DNA of 64,000 nucleotides, from NCBI GenBank assembly GCA_036521875.1, contig DATDGX010000138.1, positions 5,875 to 69,874 of the forward strand. Direction: 5' to 3'. Within the stretch, counting starts at the first letter, position 1. Every line of letters starts with the position of its first letter. The notes beneath the pieces are model-generated. The model worked only from the letters and a program-made list of their open reading frames with translations. It did no database searches and was not told where the DNA came from. The stretch is from Candidatus Binataceae bacterium (GTDB lineage Bacteria > Desulfobacterota > Binatia > Binatales > Binataceae). Of this stretch, positions 1 through 9,180 are shown piece by piece. A program made the position numbers and the translations under genes.

Positions 1-702
1 AGCGAGATTGCCGAGGGTCAGGACCTTTCGTTCACCGCGCAGGCGCGGATGCTCGCGTCGTTTCTCGACGCACTCGGAGTCGGCGCGGTTGACCTGGTCG
101 GCAACGACAGCGGCGCTGCAATCTGCCAGGTGTTCGCCGCGCATCACCCGTCGCGCGTGCGCACGCTCACCTTGACCAACTGCGAGGTCCACGACCTGTG
201 GCCCAAGCCGATGCTCCGCGCGCTGCTCGACGCTTTCGAAAGCGGCGCCGCTATCCAGGGAATCAAAGCGATGCTTCAGGACCCCGCGGTGGCGCGCGCA
301 CAATTGGAGTCGGTCTACGAGAATCCCGCGATCGTTACGCAGGAGATGCTGGAGGTCTACTACCGGCCGCTGGTTGCCGACGATCGGCCTATCCGTAAAT
401 TCGTCGGCGCCGAGGTGAACCGTGCGCAACTGGTCGCATCCGCGCCGATGCTCAAGCAGCTCACCGTCCCGGCGCAGGTGATTTGGGGTGATGGCGATAC
501 GGTCTTCGACGGTCCTGCTTCAATCGATTGGCTGGTCGCCAACGTTCCCGCGATTCGGCGGGTGACGAGAATACCGCTGGCGCGGCTGTTCTTCCCGGAG
601 GAGCATCCGCGTTTGCTGAGCGTGTTGCTGCGCGAGTTCTGGAATTCGACCGCTTCGAAAACGACCTCCGGGAAGCAGTCGGTCGAGATGCGCCCGGCTT
701 GA
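1..702 (+). CDS. alpha/beta-fold hydrolase, C-terminal part (5' end lies outside the window)
   Basis: The frame is open from the window edge. The ORF 49..702 translation reads as the C-terminal half of an alpha/beta hydrolase: a G-N-D-S-G nucleophile-elbow-like motif, ...IWGDGDTVF..., and a conserved C-terminal His region. Confidence 0.7.
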   Translation, partial: SEIAEGQDLSFTAQARMLASFLDALGVGAVDLVGNDSGAAICQVFAAHHPSRVRTLTLTNCEVHDLWPKPMLRALLDAFESGAAIQGIKAMLQDPAVARAQLESVYENPAIVTQEMLEVYYRPLVADDRPIRKFVGAEVNRAQLVASAPMLKQLTVPAQVIWGDGDTVFDGPASIDWLVANVPAIRRVTRIPLARLFFPEEHPRLLSVLLREFWNSTASKTTSGKQSVEMRPA

Positions 703-789
703 TATCGCTCAGAGAAAAATGGGCACGCGGTCTTCGCGATGAAGATCGCGTGCCCTTGCGGACGCTGCGCGGCTCCGCTGGTGAGGAGA

Positions 790-1212
790 TCAGTAGTTAG
801 GCGCAGTCGTCGTGGTAGTCGTGGTTGTCTGCTGCTGCTGCACCGTTCCGGTGTAACCAGGGTCATAACCGTTATAGTCGGTGGTGACCTTCTTGCGGAC
901 CACGCCGTTGTCGTAAACGGTGGTCTTGGTGGTCTCAGCAGTAGCCGGCGCCGGAACCACTACAAGTGATGGGCTGGTTACCACGCTCGAGTAAGCGGGG
1001 GTGGTGCTGGTCACGGTACCGTTGGGGTACTGAGTCGTGGTCGTGGTGCTGCTGGTCGTCACCGGCGGCGCGACGTACATCGGTGCGGGAGCCGTGGTGG
1101 AATACTCAGTGGTGGTAGTGGTTGGCGCTGGCGTCTGGTCAGAGCAGGCGGCCGCGAAACCTACCGATACCGCGACCGCAGCCGCGAGGGCGAAATTTTT
1201 CACGAGTTTCAT
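790..1212 (-). CDS. Thr/Pro-rich secreted lipoprotein (hypothetical)
   Basis: The N-terminus MKLVKNFALAAAVAVSVGFAAAC is a signal peptide plus lipobox Cys. The remainder is low-complexity, Thr-rich (TTTTTTTT runs) and has no catalytic motifs. Confidence 0.55.
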   Translation of the reverse strand: MKLVKNFALAAAVAVSVGFAAACSDQTPAPTTTTTEYSTTAPAPMYVAPPVTTSSTTTTTQYPNGTVTSTTPAYSSVVTSPSLVVVPAPATAETTKTTVYDNGVVRKKVTTDYNGYDPGYTGTVQQQQTTTTTTTTAPNY

Positions 1213-1618
1213 GCGTGGATTACCTCCATTAGGTACCTAGTTTCGGCAGAGGGGAGCCCAGGTTTCGAGCCAGTTCAACGCCTGTTCCCGGTGGAATAAA
1301 CGCAAGCCTCGTGCCGCCTACCTCCCTCGGAATCCATAGCTTTCCTGTGGTCATCTATGGACGCATTGTCGCGCACGGCTAAAATCACGGTAAAATCTTC
1401 CGGGCATCGGCAAAATTGGGGCAATAACTGGGGGCAATCAGCGGCCGCGCGACGCGGGCAAACACCGGCTTCCGCCCGAACGCTTCGCCAGTCGCGTCGG
1501 CTATCCTTTTACCCGCCGCAAAGTTGGTCGAGACGAAGTCGGCTCTTTAGCTTTGGTCCTGCTGGCGGGACGTGGGGCTGGGAATAGTCCCTCAGGGCAG
1601 GCAGGAAGGGCTAGGCAC

Positions 1619-1876
1619 TCAGGCGCCGGGCTTTTCCGCATCGTGTGCGTGGCCGATCGCGTGGCGAAGCCGGCGATCGAGCTTGGCGCAGTTCAAGACG
1701 ACCTTCTCCGAATGCACCGCATCCACTGCGCTCATGGGGACCGTGAAGTCGCCGGCATTCTCGACGTAGATTACCAACTCGGGCCGGCCGCCCGGCGAAA
1801 CCTGGCGAACAGCGCCGAACTCCTCGCTGCCGTCGGAAGTAAAAGCCTGGAATCCCACTCGAATTTTTTCTTGCAT
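1619..1876 (-). CDS. small conserved hypothetical protein (DUF2171/PRC-barrel-like, tentative)
   Basis: An internal ATG at 1876 is preceded by GGAGA with 7-nt spacing. The ~85-aa product MQEKIRVGFQAFTSDG...VPMSAVDAVHSEKVVLNCAKLD has globular-looking composition, unlike the Arg-rich alternative frames. Confidence 0.45.
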   Translation of the reverse strand: MQEKIRVGFQAFTSDGSEEFGAVRQVSPGGRPELVIYVENAGDFTVPMSAVDAVHSEKVVLNCAKLDRRLRHAIGHAHDAEKPGA

Positions 1877-2043
1877 GACGTAATTCTCCAGTGCGCCAGA
1901 AGTCTTACGATCAACTCGTTGCCCCATCCGTCAGTATCCGCCGAAATCAATTTCGCGTCGAGTTGAGAAAGAGCGCAGCATTCGCGCGCGCGCTGCGCGA
2001 GACGCCGCATCCAACCGATCAGAATCCTTCCGGATGTATTGTT

Positions 2044-2340
2044 CTACGCAGCAGCGGGGAGACTGTCGAACGAAATTCCCGTGAGACGTTCGGGGACCTG
2101 CCAAAGCGTCTTCGCCACTTCGAGATCTTTTGCTTTTGAGGGAATGCGGGCGGGGCCCGGCGCTCCTTTCAGTCCCAGGAATCCGTCGGGACCATAGTAG
2201 GCCGCCCCCTTCGCATCGGGAGCGGTCGCGGCAAACAGCGTCGGCAGTGCGCCGTCGGCGGCCGATTGGCTGGCGAACGGCGCGAGCAGGCTGCTGAGCA
2301 GGTTCGATTGCGACTCTGTTTTTCTGTGAGGGAATATCCG
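2044..2340 (-). pseudogene. truncated remnant of an SDR-family oxidoreductase (C-terminal ~90 codons only, no start codon)
   Basis: The minus-strand frame ending at the TAG at 2046-2044 translates ...GALPTLFAATAPDAKGAAYYGPDGFLGLKGAPGPARIPSKAKDLEVAKTLWQVPERLTGISFDSLPAAA*. This matches the characteristic C-terminus of retinol-dehydrogenase-like SDRs (...LWEVSEELTG). The frame contains no Met and no Rossmann N-terminal region, and it abuts the end of the hydrolase gene at 2438. Confidence 0.4.
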
Positions 2341-2437
2341 CGGTCGTCCATCTAGCCATTTTTGAAATCTTCTGAACTTACAACTCGCGCGCGTGCGGAA
2401 AGATACCTAGATGGGCGTCCGTTTCGCTGAACGCTGT

Positions 2438-3448
2438 TCAAGCCGTGTCGCCGACTGCATCGCGAAGTGCGCGGATATAATCGGCCGTCGCCCGTCGACT
2501 GATGGCCGCGTCGGGAACCATGTTATCGAAGCCGTGAAAGGCGCCTGGGTAAACGTGGATCTCGGTGCGAACGCGTGCATGCATCAGCCGCGTCGCATAG
2601 GCAACGCCGTCGTCACGCAACAAATCGAGCCCGCCCACCATCAAATAGGCCGGGGGCAAACCCGCGAGGTCCCGCGCCAAAACAGGTGCGGCATAGGGCG
2701 AGGTGTTTGCCTCCGCATCGGCGCCCAAATAGTCGCGTCGATAAAACAACGCCATGCTGCGGTCGAGGACCATCCCCTTGGTCGCAATCACGTGGGTGGA
2801 TGGCGCCTGCAGCCGACTGTCGAGAGCGGGATAAATGAGCAGTTGAAATGCGGCCGATGGTCCGCCGCGATCGCGCGCCATCAGCGCGACGCCAGCGGCA
2901 AGATTGCCGCCGGCGCTTGCGCCGGCAACCGCGACCCTCGCGGGATCGAGATGCCAAGCTGATGTGTTCCCGGCCATCCACTCCAACGCCCGGTAGCAAT
3001 CGTTAAGACCGGCCGGAAAGGGATCTTCCGGTGCCAGGCGGTAGCCAACCGAAACCACGGCAACCCCAGCTTCTTCGGCGATGCGATCGCATCGGAAATC
3101 GTCCTCATCGATGCTGCCGGCCGACCACCCGCCACCGTGAATCCACAGGACGCAGCCGCGGCGTTTGCTCCGCCGTTCTGCGCAGTACAGACGTGCGGGA
3201 ATTTCTCCGGAAACGCCGCGATTCGGAATCGTGAAATCCTCGCGAGTTATGCCGTCGCGCGGTGGCTCCTTCTTCATTAAGGCCGCCTGGAGTTTTCGCG
3301 CCTCGCCGGCGTCAGTAGGCCAATGCTCGAAGAACGGCTGGAACGCCGGATAGGCGGCGCGGAGTTCCGGATCCATGTCCGCGAGGAACTCGTCGATCGT
3401 CATGGGCTCTTCGGTCTGCGGAACCGCCGGCGCATAGCTGTCCGTCAT
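2438..3448 (-). CDS. alpha/beta hydrolase fold-3 esterase/lipase (HSL/Aes-like)
   Basis: Has an HGGGW oxyanion motif (VLWIHGGGWSAGS) and a G-A-S-A-G-G nucleophile elbow. An internal ATG at 3448 has an AGGAG RBS. The longer ORF reaching 3598 is probably an N-terminal over-extension. Confidence 0.8.
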   Translation of the reverse strand: MTDSYAPAVPQTEEPMTIDEFLADMDPELRAAYPAFQPFFEHWPTDAGEARKLQAALMKKEPPRDGITREDFTIPNRGVSGEIPARLYCAERRSKRRGCVLWIHGGGWSAGSIDEDDFRCDRIAEEAGVAVVSVGYRLAPEDPFPAGLNDCYRALEWMAGNTSAWHLDPARVAVAGASAGGNLAAGVALMARDRGGPSAAFQLLIYPALDSRLQAPSTHVIATKGMVLDRSMALFYRRDYLGADAEANTSPYAAPVLARDLAGLPPAYLMVGGLDLLRDDGVAYATRLMHARVRTEIHVYPGAFHGFDNMVPDAAISRRATADYIRALRDAVGDTA

Positions 3449-3775
3449 TAGTGACTCCTGTTGCTTGGCGCTCTCAGGGTGGCGAGTGAATTCTCGCTGG
3501 TACACGGCCAGACCGAAAGGCCGACCGCATTCGCAAGACGGATTGTCACGATATTGAGAGCGGAATTGAAGAACCTCGGCTGCAACCAGCAGGTCCATCG
3601 CGCCGATGGAACGCCTCTTGACTCAAGCGCGGCCCTTATTTCCCTGTAAAACGGGCAGCTTCCGCCGGCTGAGGAGAGGTCACCGAAAGCGAGAAACTCT
3701 CTTAGAGCCTTGCCGTTGCGTTGCCGTTCTCGAGCCGTTTTCGATTGGCCGGGTCGAGTGATAGTCTCTGCAATC

Positions 3776-4072
3776 ATGGAGCTGCCAGTCATACTCAACG
3801 CCGGGTCTGACGGATACGTAATTGCGGAGTGTCCCGTGATTCCCGGCTGTATCAGCCAAGGCCGCACGCGAAGGGAGGCACTCCGCAACGTGCGGGAAGC
3901 GATCGAGTTGTGTCTAGAAAGCCGCGCAGACGAGGGATGGGAACTGGCATCGCACTACGACCTGGCACGCGTCAAAATCGCCGACGCGAGCAAAAGAGGA
4001 AGACTCGTAAGACCTCCCCGGCAAGTCCGGCGGGTCGCCCCGGGAAGGACGTTCCGGTCTCCCAAAACATAA
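3776..4072 (+). CDS. hicB: HicB-family antitoxin-like protein (UPF0150)
   Basis: MELPVILNAGSDGYVIAECPVIPGCISQGRTRREALRNVREAIELCLE matches the HicB N-terminal RNase-H-like fold signature (..DGGY.A..P.LPGC.TQG.T.EEAL.N..EA). The ORF track starts it upstream at a TTG (3710). ATG 3776 is preferred. Confidence 0.6.
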   Translation: MELPVILNAGSDGYVIAECPVIPGCISQGRTRREALRNVREAIELCLESRADEGWELASHYDLARVKIADASKRGRLVRPPRQVRRVAPGRTFRSPKT

Positions 4073-4254
4073 CAGCCAAGCAAAAGCATTAAGCCACACA
4101 GAACCTAGAGCCAACTGCTCCGAGACCCCAAGGTCTCCCCCAAAGACCCGGCCTCAACTTGCCGCCACCCAAGCAAGCGCTTAGGCTTGCTCGTATGAAA
4201 AAGCGCGAAAAAGTACAGGCTGAGGCGAACTAACACAAGCTCGTTCGGAAGTGG

Positions 4255-4677
4255 GTGAAACTGAATATGCGGGCCGGTTGGGTCGGGTTTCCCTCTGCCG
4301 TCATTCAGTTTCAAGATCAGCTTCAACTCAGCAGCGCTGAGTTGAACGTCTTACTTCAGATTGCGGACCATTGGTGGGACCCCGAGCGTCATCCATATCC
4401 TTCGAAAGGACTGATAGCAAAAAGGATGCGAATGTATCCGCGTTCGATCCAGCGGATAATCGCTCGGCTGGAGTCGAGAAGGCTTGTTGAGAGGGCCGAG
4501 AGGAAACACCCTCACGGTGGAAACAAGTCAAACGAGTACCGCTTCGCCGGCTTGATTCGCGCTATGGAACCATTCGCCAAGGAAATCATCGAGAAATACG
4601 AAAGGCGAAGCCGTGAGAAGGCTCAGAGAAATCGTCGCAAGCCGGGCTTGCACTTGGTGCACGGGCGGAAGCAATGA
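4255..4677 (+). CDS. winged helix-turn-helix DNA-binding protein (plasmid/phage-like replication or regulator protein)
   Basis: A 140-aa ORF whose central ...SKGLIAKRMRMYPRSIQRIIARLESRRLVER... looks like a wHTH, with a basic C-terminal tail. Its stop overlaps the hicA start by 4 nt (ATGA), which implies translational coupling. Confidence 0.5.
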   Translation: MKLNMRAGWVGFPSAVIQFQDQLQLSSAELNVLLQIADHWWDPERHPYPSKGLIAKRMRMYPRSIQRIIARLESRRLVERAERKHPHGGNKSNEYRFAGLIRAMEPFAKEIIEKYERRSREKAQRNRRKPGLHLVHGRKQ

Positions 4678-4898
4678 TCCGATTGCCCGTCATTTCCGGC
4701 AGAGAATGCATCGCCGCTCTGCTGAAGATGGGCTATCGAGAGACGCGTCAAAAGGGTAGCCATGTGCGCTTGGCGTGCTCGAGTAGAAGGCCGGTAACCG
4801 TGCCCCTTCATTCAGAGCTCGATCGAGGAACGCTTCGGGCGATTCTCAGGGCCGTTGAAATGAGTCCGGCTGAATTCCTGGCTTTGCTGAGGAAATAG
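4674..4898 (+). CDS. hicA: HicA-family toxin (YcfA-like mRNA interferase)
   Basis: ISGRECIAALLKMGYRETRQKGSHVRL...PVTVPLHSELDRGTLRAILR matches the HicA/YcfA signature (..G.E.I..L...GF...R..GSH......G....VP.H.....GTL..IL). Confidence 0.75.
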   Translation: MIRLPVISGRECIAALLKMGYRETRQKGSHVRLACSSRRPVTVPLHSELDRGTLRAILRAVEMSPAEFLALLRK

Positions 4899-5162
4899 TC
4901 CACGCCCGCGTCGCCGGACACCGAAGCCTAACACCCTAGCCGGCAATGGCGCTGCGCGCCGTCAACACTGAAGTGTTCAGCCAGCCGCGTCAAAAACCCC
5001 GCACTCTCGCAGCGATGAAAAAGCGGTCCGCAACCGTCATCGCCGCGCTGGACCAATTCATCGAATTTGTCGTACGCTCAAAAGTCGCAACTGGAACGAG
5101 CGCGCGGGGCTTTCACCCAACCCCGGATTGCGCTAAACGACCGGTATGCGGGAGGTGAGCCC

Positions 5163-6272
5163 ATGAAATTTGGTCTTTTCTACGAGATTTCGGTGCCGCG
5201 GCCGTGGACCCCCGAAAGTGAAAAAACTGTTTACGACCGCTGCCTCGAGCAGGTCGCGCTCGCCGATTCGCTTGGCTTCGACCAGGTGTGGGCCGTCGAG
5301 CATCACTTCCTCGAAGAATACTCGCACTGCTCGGCGCCGGAACTGTTCCTGACCGCTTGTGCGATGCGCACCAAGAAGATGCGCGTCGGACACGGAATCG
5401 TGGTCTGCGTTCCGGAGTTCAATCATCCAATCAAAATCGCCGAGCGCACCGCGGTGCTCGATATCCTTTCCGGCGGACGGCTCGAAGTCGGCACCGGACG
5501 CTCCGCCACCTGGACCGAGCTCGGCGGCTTCCGCGCCAATCCCGACGAAACCAAAAAGACCTGGGACGAATTCGTCCACTGCCTCCCGAAGATGTGGACC
5601 CAGGAGCGCTACTCCTATCAGGGGCGCTCGTGGTCGATGCCCTCGCGCTGCATTATCCCGAAGCCCTACCAGAAACCGCATCCACCGATGTGGGTCGCGG
5701 TGACCAGTCCGGGCACCGAGATCGACGCGGCCGAGCGCGGCCTTGGCAGCCTGGGTCTGACCTTCGGCGGCTTCAAGGAACAGGACGAGAAGGTCAAGCG
5801 CTATCGCAACCTCATCCGCAACTGCGAGCCGGTCGGCTCGTTCGTAAACGACAAGGTCTCCACTGTGAACTTCCTCTTCTGCCACGAGGACGACGCGGAA
5901 GGAATCAAGGTCGGACGCCGGCTGACGGGCACATTCAACTATCTCGCCGCGCAGCTACTCGCCGCGCGCGAGGCCTTTCCGACCAAGTCGTATCCGTCAC
6001 TCGGGCTGCTGCCGCAGCTCCGCCAGGAAGCTTCGGGGCCCGGCGATGAGTCCGGCGCGCCGGAAGGAATCGCGATGGGCAATCCAGCGCGTATCGTCAA
6101 GGCGATGAAGCAATGGGAATCGGTCGGCGTCGACCGCGTCAACTTCCTGCTCAACGCGCTCGAAGTGATACCGCAGGAGCAGGTGTTGAACAGCCTGCGC
6201 CTGTTCGCGAAGGAAGTGATGCCGCACTTCCAGTCGAGCGACGCGGCCGCCGCCGCCGCGGGAGGCCGCTGA
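5163..6272 (+). CDS. LLM-class (luciferase-like) flavin-dependent oxidoreductase
   Basis: MKFGLFYEISVPRPW...LGFDQVWAVEHHFLEEYSHCSAPELFL is the LLM family signature. ATG 5163 is preceded by GGGAGGTG. Confidence 0.8.
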   Translation: MKFGLFYEISVPRPWTPESEKTVYDRCLEQVALADSLGFDQVWAVEHHFLEEYSHCSAPELFLTACAMRTKKMRVGHGIVVCVPEFNHPIKIAERTAVLDILSGGRLEVGTGRSATWTELGGFRANPDETKKTWDEFVHCLPKMWTQERYSYQGRSWSMPSRCIIPKPYQKPHPPMWVAVTSPGTEIDAAERGLGSLGLTFGGFKEQDEKVKRYRNLIRNCEPVGSFVNDKVSTVNFLFCHEDDAEGIKVGRRLTGTFNYLAAQLLAAREAFPTKSYPSLGLLPQLRQEASGPGDESGAPEGIAMGNPARIVKAMKQWESVGVDRVNFLLNALEVIPQEQVLNSLRLFAKEVMPHFQSSDAAAAAAGGR

Positions 6273-7027
6273 TGCCGCCGCGCTACGGAACCCTCAACCT
6301 CGAGGCGTGGGCCAAAGACGTCTCGACTATCGCGGGCTACAAGACCGAGCCGTGGGTGCTCAAGGGCGCGCAGATTCTTGAGCTCCATTTTGAGATCGCC
6401 GACGAGCCGGCGGATGCTCTCCTCCCCAAGACGATGCATCCGTCGATTCCGGAATACGCAATCTTCAACATCACCACCTATCCCGATAGTCCGGTCGGCA
6501 AATTTTCGGTCGGCGAAGTGCGTATCGCGGGCCGCACCGGCGTGCGTCCGCGCGGCTTCGTTCTGCGGAGCTTCTGCGACAACGAGACGGCGCGCCGCGA
6601 GCTCGCTGCGCGCTGGGGCTACCCGGTCGCGCCGGGCGAGGTGAAGCTGACCCTGCGGCACGATCGCGTGGTGGGCCAGGTCAATGCCGAGGGACGGCCG
6701 GCGCTCGAGATCGAGCTTCTCGATCGCGAGGTGATCTCCGGCGGCGACGTCCAGTTTATTGCGAGCATGCATCTGGCGCGCAATAAGGACGATCAGAAGC
6801 TGGTACTCGTCCAGGTCGATCCGGAATACGTCTTCAGCAAGGCCGACCGCGGCCGGCCGCGCCTGATACTGCTCGACAACGAGGCGTTTCGCGCGGGACA
6901 TCATCTGCAGCCCGCGAACCCTATTTCGGCGTGCTTCATGGTCGGCGATGTGACCCTGCCGAAGCTTCGTTACATCTGTAATCCCGAGCTTCCCGCGATG
7001 CAGGGGACGACCAAACTCGCCGCCTGA
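6272..7027 (+). CDS. acetoacetate decarboxylase (ADC) family protein
   Basis: Its start overlaps the LLM gene's stop (TGATG). The N-terminal MPPRYGTL...EPWVLKGAQIL resembles the ADC-family N-terminus (PPAPW.L.G). The product is about 250 aa. Confidence 0.5.
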   Translation: MPPRYGTLNLEAWAKDVSTIAGYKTEPWVLKGAQILELHFEIADEPADALLPKTMHPSIPEYAIFNITTYPDSPVGKFSVGEVRIAGRTGVRPRGFVLRSFCDNETARRELAARWGYPVAPGEVKLTLRHDRVVGQVNAEGRPALEIELLDREVISGGDVQFIASMHLARNKDDQKLVLVQVDPEYVFSKADRGRPRLILLDNEAFRAGHHLQPANPISACFMVGDVTLPKLRYICNPELPAMQGTTKLAA

Positions 7028-7165
7028 TCCGCGACTGGCTATTGAGTATTTCGACTGACTATTCGACCGCGGCCCGCAACGTCGGCCGCGGTCGTTTTCT
7101 TTTCCGCGCGAATCAGAATCCGGCGAGAGCCGCACGATCTGATAATCCGATGATGCGATGACGCG

Positions 7166-8065
7166 ATGAGCGAACCGTGGCATTTTGAACGGCTCAAACT
7201 GAAGAGCGGACTGAACATGCGCGTCGCGCGTGCCGGCTCCGGCCCGCTGCTGGTGATGCTGCATGGCTTTCCTGAATGCTGGTACTCGTGGCGCCATCAG
7301 CTCCGCGCGCTCTCCGATTCGTTCGACTGCGTCGCGCCCGAGATGCGCGGCTACGGCGAGACCGACGCGCCGGCCGGGGTCGCGAACTATACGCTCGACA
7401 AGCTGGTCGGCGACGTCGCCGAGCTGGTCGAGGCGCTGGGCCGCAAGCGCGCAGTGATCATCGGCCATGATTGGGGTGGCGGCGTAGCGTGGGCGACCGC
7501 GCTCCAGCGTCCCGAAATCGTCGAGCGCCTGGCGGTGATGAACTGCCCGCATCTGGCGCGCCTCGGGCAAGAGCTGCGCCGCAATCCACGGCAGATGCTG
7601 CGGAGCTGGTACATGCTCTTCTTCCAGATCCCGCGGCTACCCGAGGCGATGATCCGCGCGCGTAACTTCGCGGCCCTCGATCGCTCGATGCGGCGGAGCG
7701 CCGCGCATCCCGAGGCGTTCACCGACGCCGACATGGAATACTTTCGCGACGCGTTCCGTAACCCCTATTCGATAACCGCCGCGATTAATTACTATCGCGC
7801 GAACTTCCGCTCCAGCCTGATGCGCCGGCCCGCCGCCGGCGGCGACTGGCTAATGCACAAGATCGGCGCGCCCACCATCCTCATCTGGGGCGAGCAGGAT
7901 TTCGCGCTGGGCAAAGAGCTGACCTACAACATGGAAGACCTCTTCACCGGTCCGTTCGAGATCAAGTACATCCCGGACTCCGGACATTGGGTGCAGCAGG
8001 AGAAGCCCGAGCTGGTGAACAGTTACCTGCGTGAGTTTCTCGCCCCGCTCGAGCGCAAGGAGTAA
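7166..8065 (+). CDS. alpha/beta hydrolase, epoxide hydrolase/haloalkane dehalogenase-like
   Basis: Has the HGFPECWYSWRHQ and IIGHDWGG (Asp nucleophile) motifs, with a C-terminal His region. Confidence 0.8.
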   Translation: MSEPWHFERLKLKSGLNMRVARAGSGPLLVMLHGFPECWYSWRHQLRALSDSFDCVAPEMRGYGETDAPAGVANYTLDKLVGDVAELVEALGRKRAVIIGHDWGGGVAWATALQRPEIVERLAVMNCPHLARLGQELRRNPRQMLRSWYMLFFQIPRLPEAMIRARNFAALDRSMRRSAAHPEAFTDADMEYFRDAFRNPYSITAAINYYRANFRSSLMRRPAAGGDWLMHKIGAPTILIWGEQDFALGKELTYNMEDLFTGPFEIKYIPDSGHWVQQEKPELVNSYLREFLAPLERKE

Positions 8066-8132
8066 ATCCCGCTCCTTCCACTTGCTCGACTACTTACTCA
8101 ACCGAGGGCCTCTGCTATCGTTATTCGCCGTG

Positions 8133-8999
8133 ATGAAACTAATTGTCTTCCTCGCTTCCTCGCGCCGAACTTGCGTCAGCGTACTGGCGACCGTGGTGAT
8201 TTCCTTGGCCTCAATGACGATCGCCGCGCGCGCGGTCCGCGCTGACGAGGTTCCCTCGCAAACGCAGCGCAACGTCGCCGGTATCGTGGCGCATCGTGGC
8301 GGCGGCCGCTCGGTGCTGGTCGGCACTGCGTTCTTTGTCGCCGTTCCGAGCCAGGCGGTTCCTGGCCGAGCGTTTATTTACCTGGTGACCGCGCACCACA
8401 ATCTGCTCGACCCGGCACGCCATCCGCTGACCGGTCTCTCGCTCACCGTCGAGGATGCGAAGACTGGCGCGATGCGCGAGGAGCCGCTGCCCGCGGAGAA
8501 CCGATGGGTCCTCGACCCGCGCGATGAAAACGCAGACATCGCGGCGGTGCCGTTCAACCCGCGGGACGCGAACATCGCGCCGATCCCGCTTAGCTCGTTG
8601 CTCGGTGGCGAGGGCGACCCGCTGGCGCGTCCCGAGACCGGCGCGCAGGTTTACTATCTGACCGCCGCGACCGTCGGGACCACGAAGCCGCGGTTCGAGG
8701 CGCTCGCGCGCTTCGGCCACGTATCGGTGCCGGTGCCGGCGGAGACCGGCGTCCCGGGTGCCGCGGCGCAGAATCTCTGCTTCCTCGACGGCGGCGGAAC
8801 GCCTGGCTTCTCGAGCGGAGCGCCGGTGTTTGTCAGCGCCGGTCTGCGCTTCCTGTTGTGGGGAATCCTGGAAGCGAACAGCGCCGCGTCGCGAGATCCG
8901 GTGTTCGCAGGACTGGCGGGAGTGCTGCCTGCGAACTGCGTCGCGGACACGGTGAATGCGATGGCGCAGGTTCAGGAGAAGGCGCTGCGCGCCAAGTGA
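8133..8999 (+). CDS. secreted trypsin-like (S1) serine peptidase-like protein
   Basis: ATG 8133 gives the signal peptide MKLIVFLASS...SMTIAARA. TAHHNL (His), a downstream Asp and GFSSGAPVF (a GDSGGP-like Ser motif) are spaced like an S1 catalytic triad. Confidence 0.5.
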   Translation: MKLIVFLASSRRTCVSVLATVVISLASMTIAARAVRADEVPSQTQRNVAGIVAHRGGGRSVLVGTAFFVAVPSQAVPGRAFIYLVTAHHNLLDPARHPLTGLSLTVEDAKTGAMREEPLPAENRWVLDPRDENADIAAVPFNPRDANIAPIPLSSLLGGEGDPLARPETGAQVYYLTAATVGTTKPRFEALARFGHVSVPVPAETGVPGAAAQNLCFLDGGGTPGFSSGAPVFVSAGLRFLLWGILEANSAASRDPVFAGLAGVLPANCVADTVNAMAQVQEKALRAK

Positions 9000-9095
9000 C
9001 GCGTGCGCGCGAGATCGCTCGCGGCATTCTCAAGCTTGCTTGATTTCGCGCTGTAAGGCAGATACCAAGGAGGGTTCCGGTCCTTCTCTTTTCTG

Positions 9096-9171
9096 CTCCC
9101 CGGTAGCTCAGTCGGTAGAGCGGACGGCTGTTAACCGTCATGTCGCTGGTTCGAATCCGGCCCGGGGAGCC
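9096..9171 (+). tRNA. tRNA-Asn (anticodon GTT)
   Basis: The cloverleaf folds by hand. The acceptor stem is TCCCCGG/CCGGGGA, the D-arm GCTC/GAGC, the anticodon stem GACGG/CCGTC with loop CTGTTAA, and the T-arm GCTGG-TTCGAAT-CCGGC. A discriminator G and an encoded CCA follow. Confidence 0.9.
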
Positions 9172-9180
9172 ATCCTGTCT

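Noticed and set aside
3448-3888. 146-aa minus-strand ORF antisense to hicB
   Set aside because: It is an upstream extension of the esterase ORF frame beyond its RBS-supported ATG (3448). The hicB reading on the plus strand has a specific family signature.
5939-7570. Very long Arg/Ala-rich antisense ORFs (e.g. 5939..7570-, 5288..6049+, 22470..23852-, 48296..49957-, 29721..30893+)
   Set aside because: These are typical high-GC antisense or off-frame artefacts. The products are extreme in Arg, Ala and Pro, have no motifs, and each overlaps a strongly supported gene on the other strand or frame.
8956-9180. N-terminal extension of the epoxide hydrolase ORF back to 8956
   Set aside because: The extension reads straight through the tRNA-Asn gene. 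The real start is the ATG just 3' of the tRNA.
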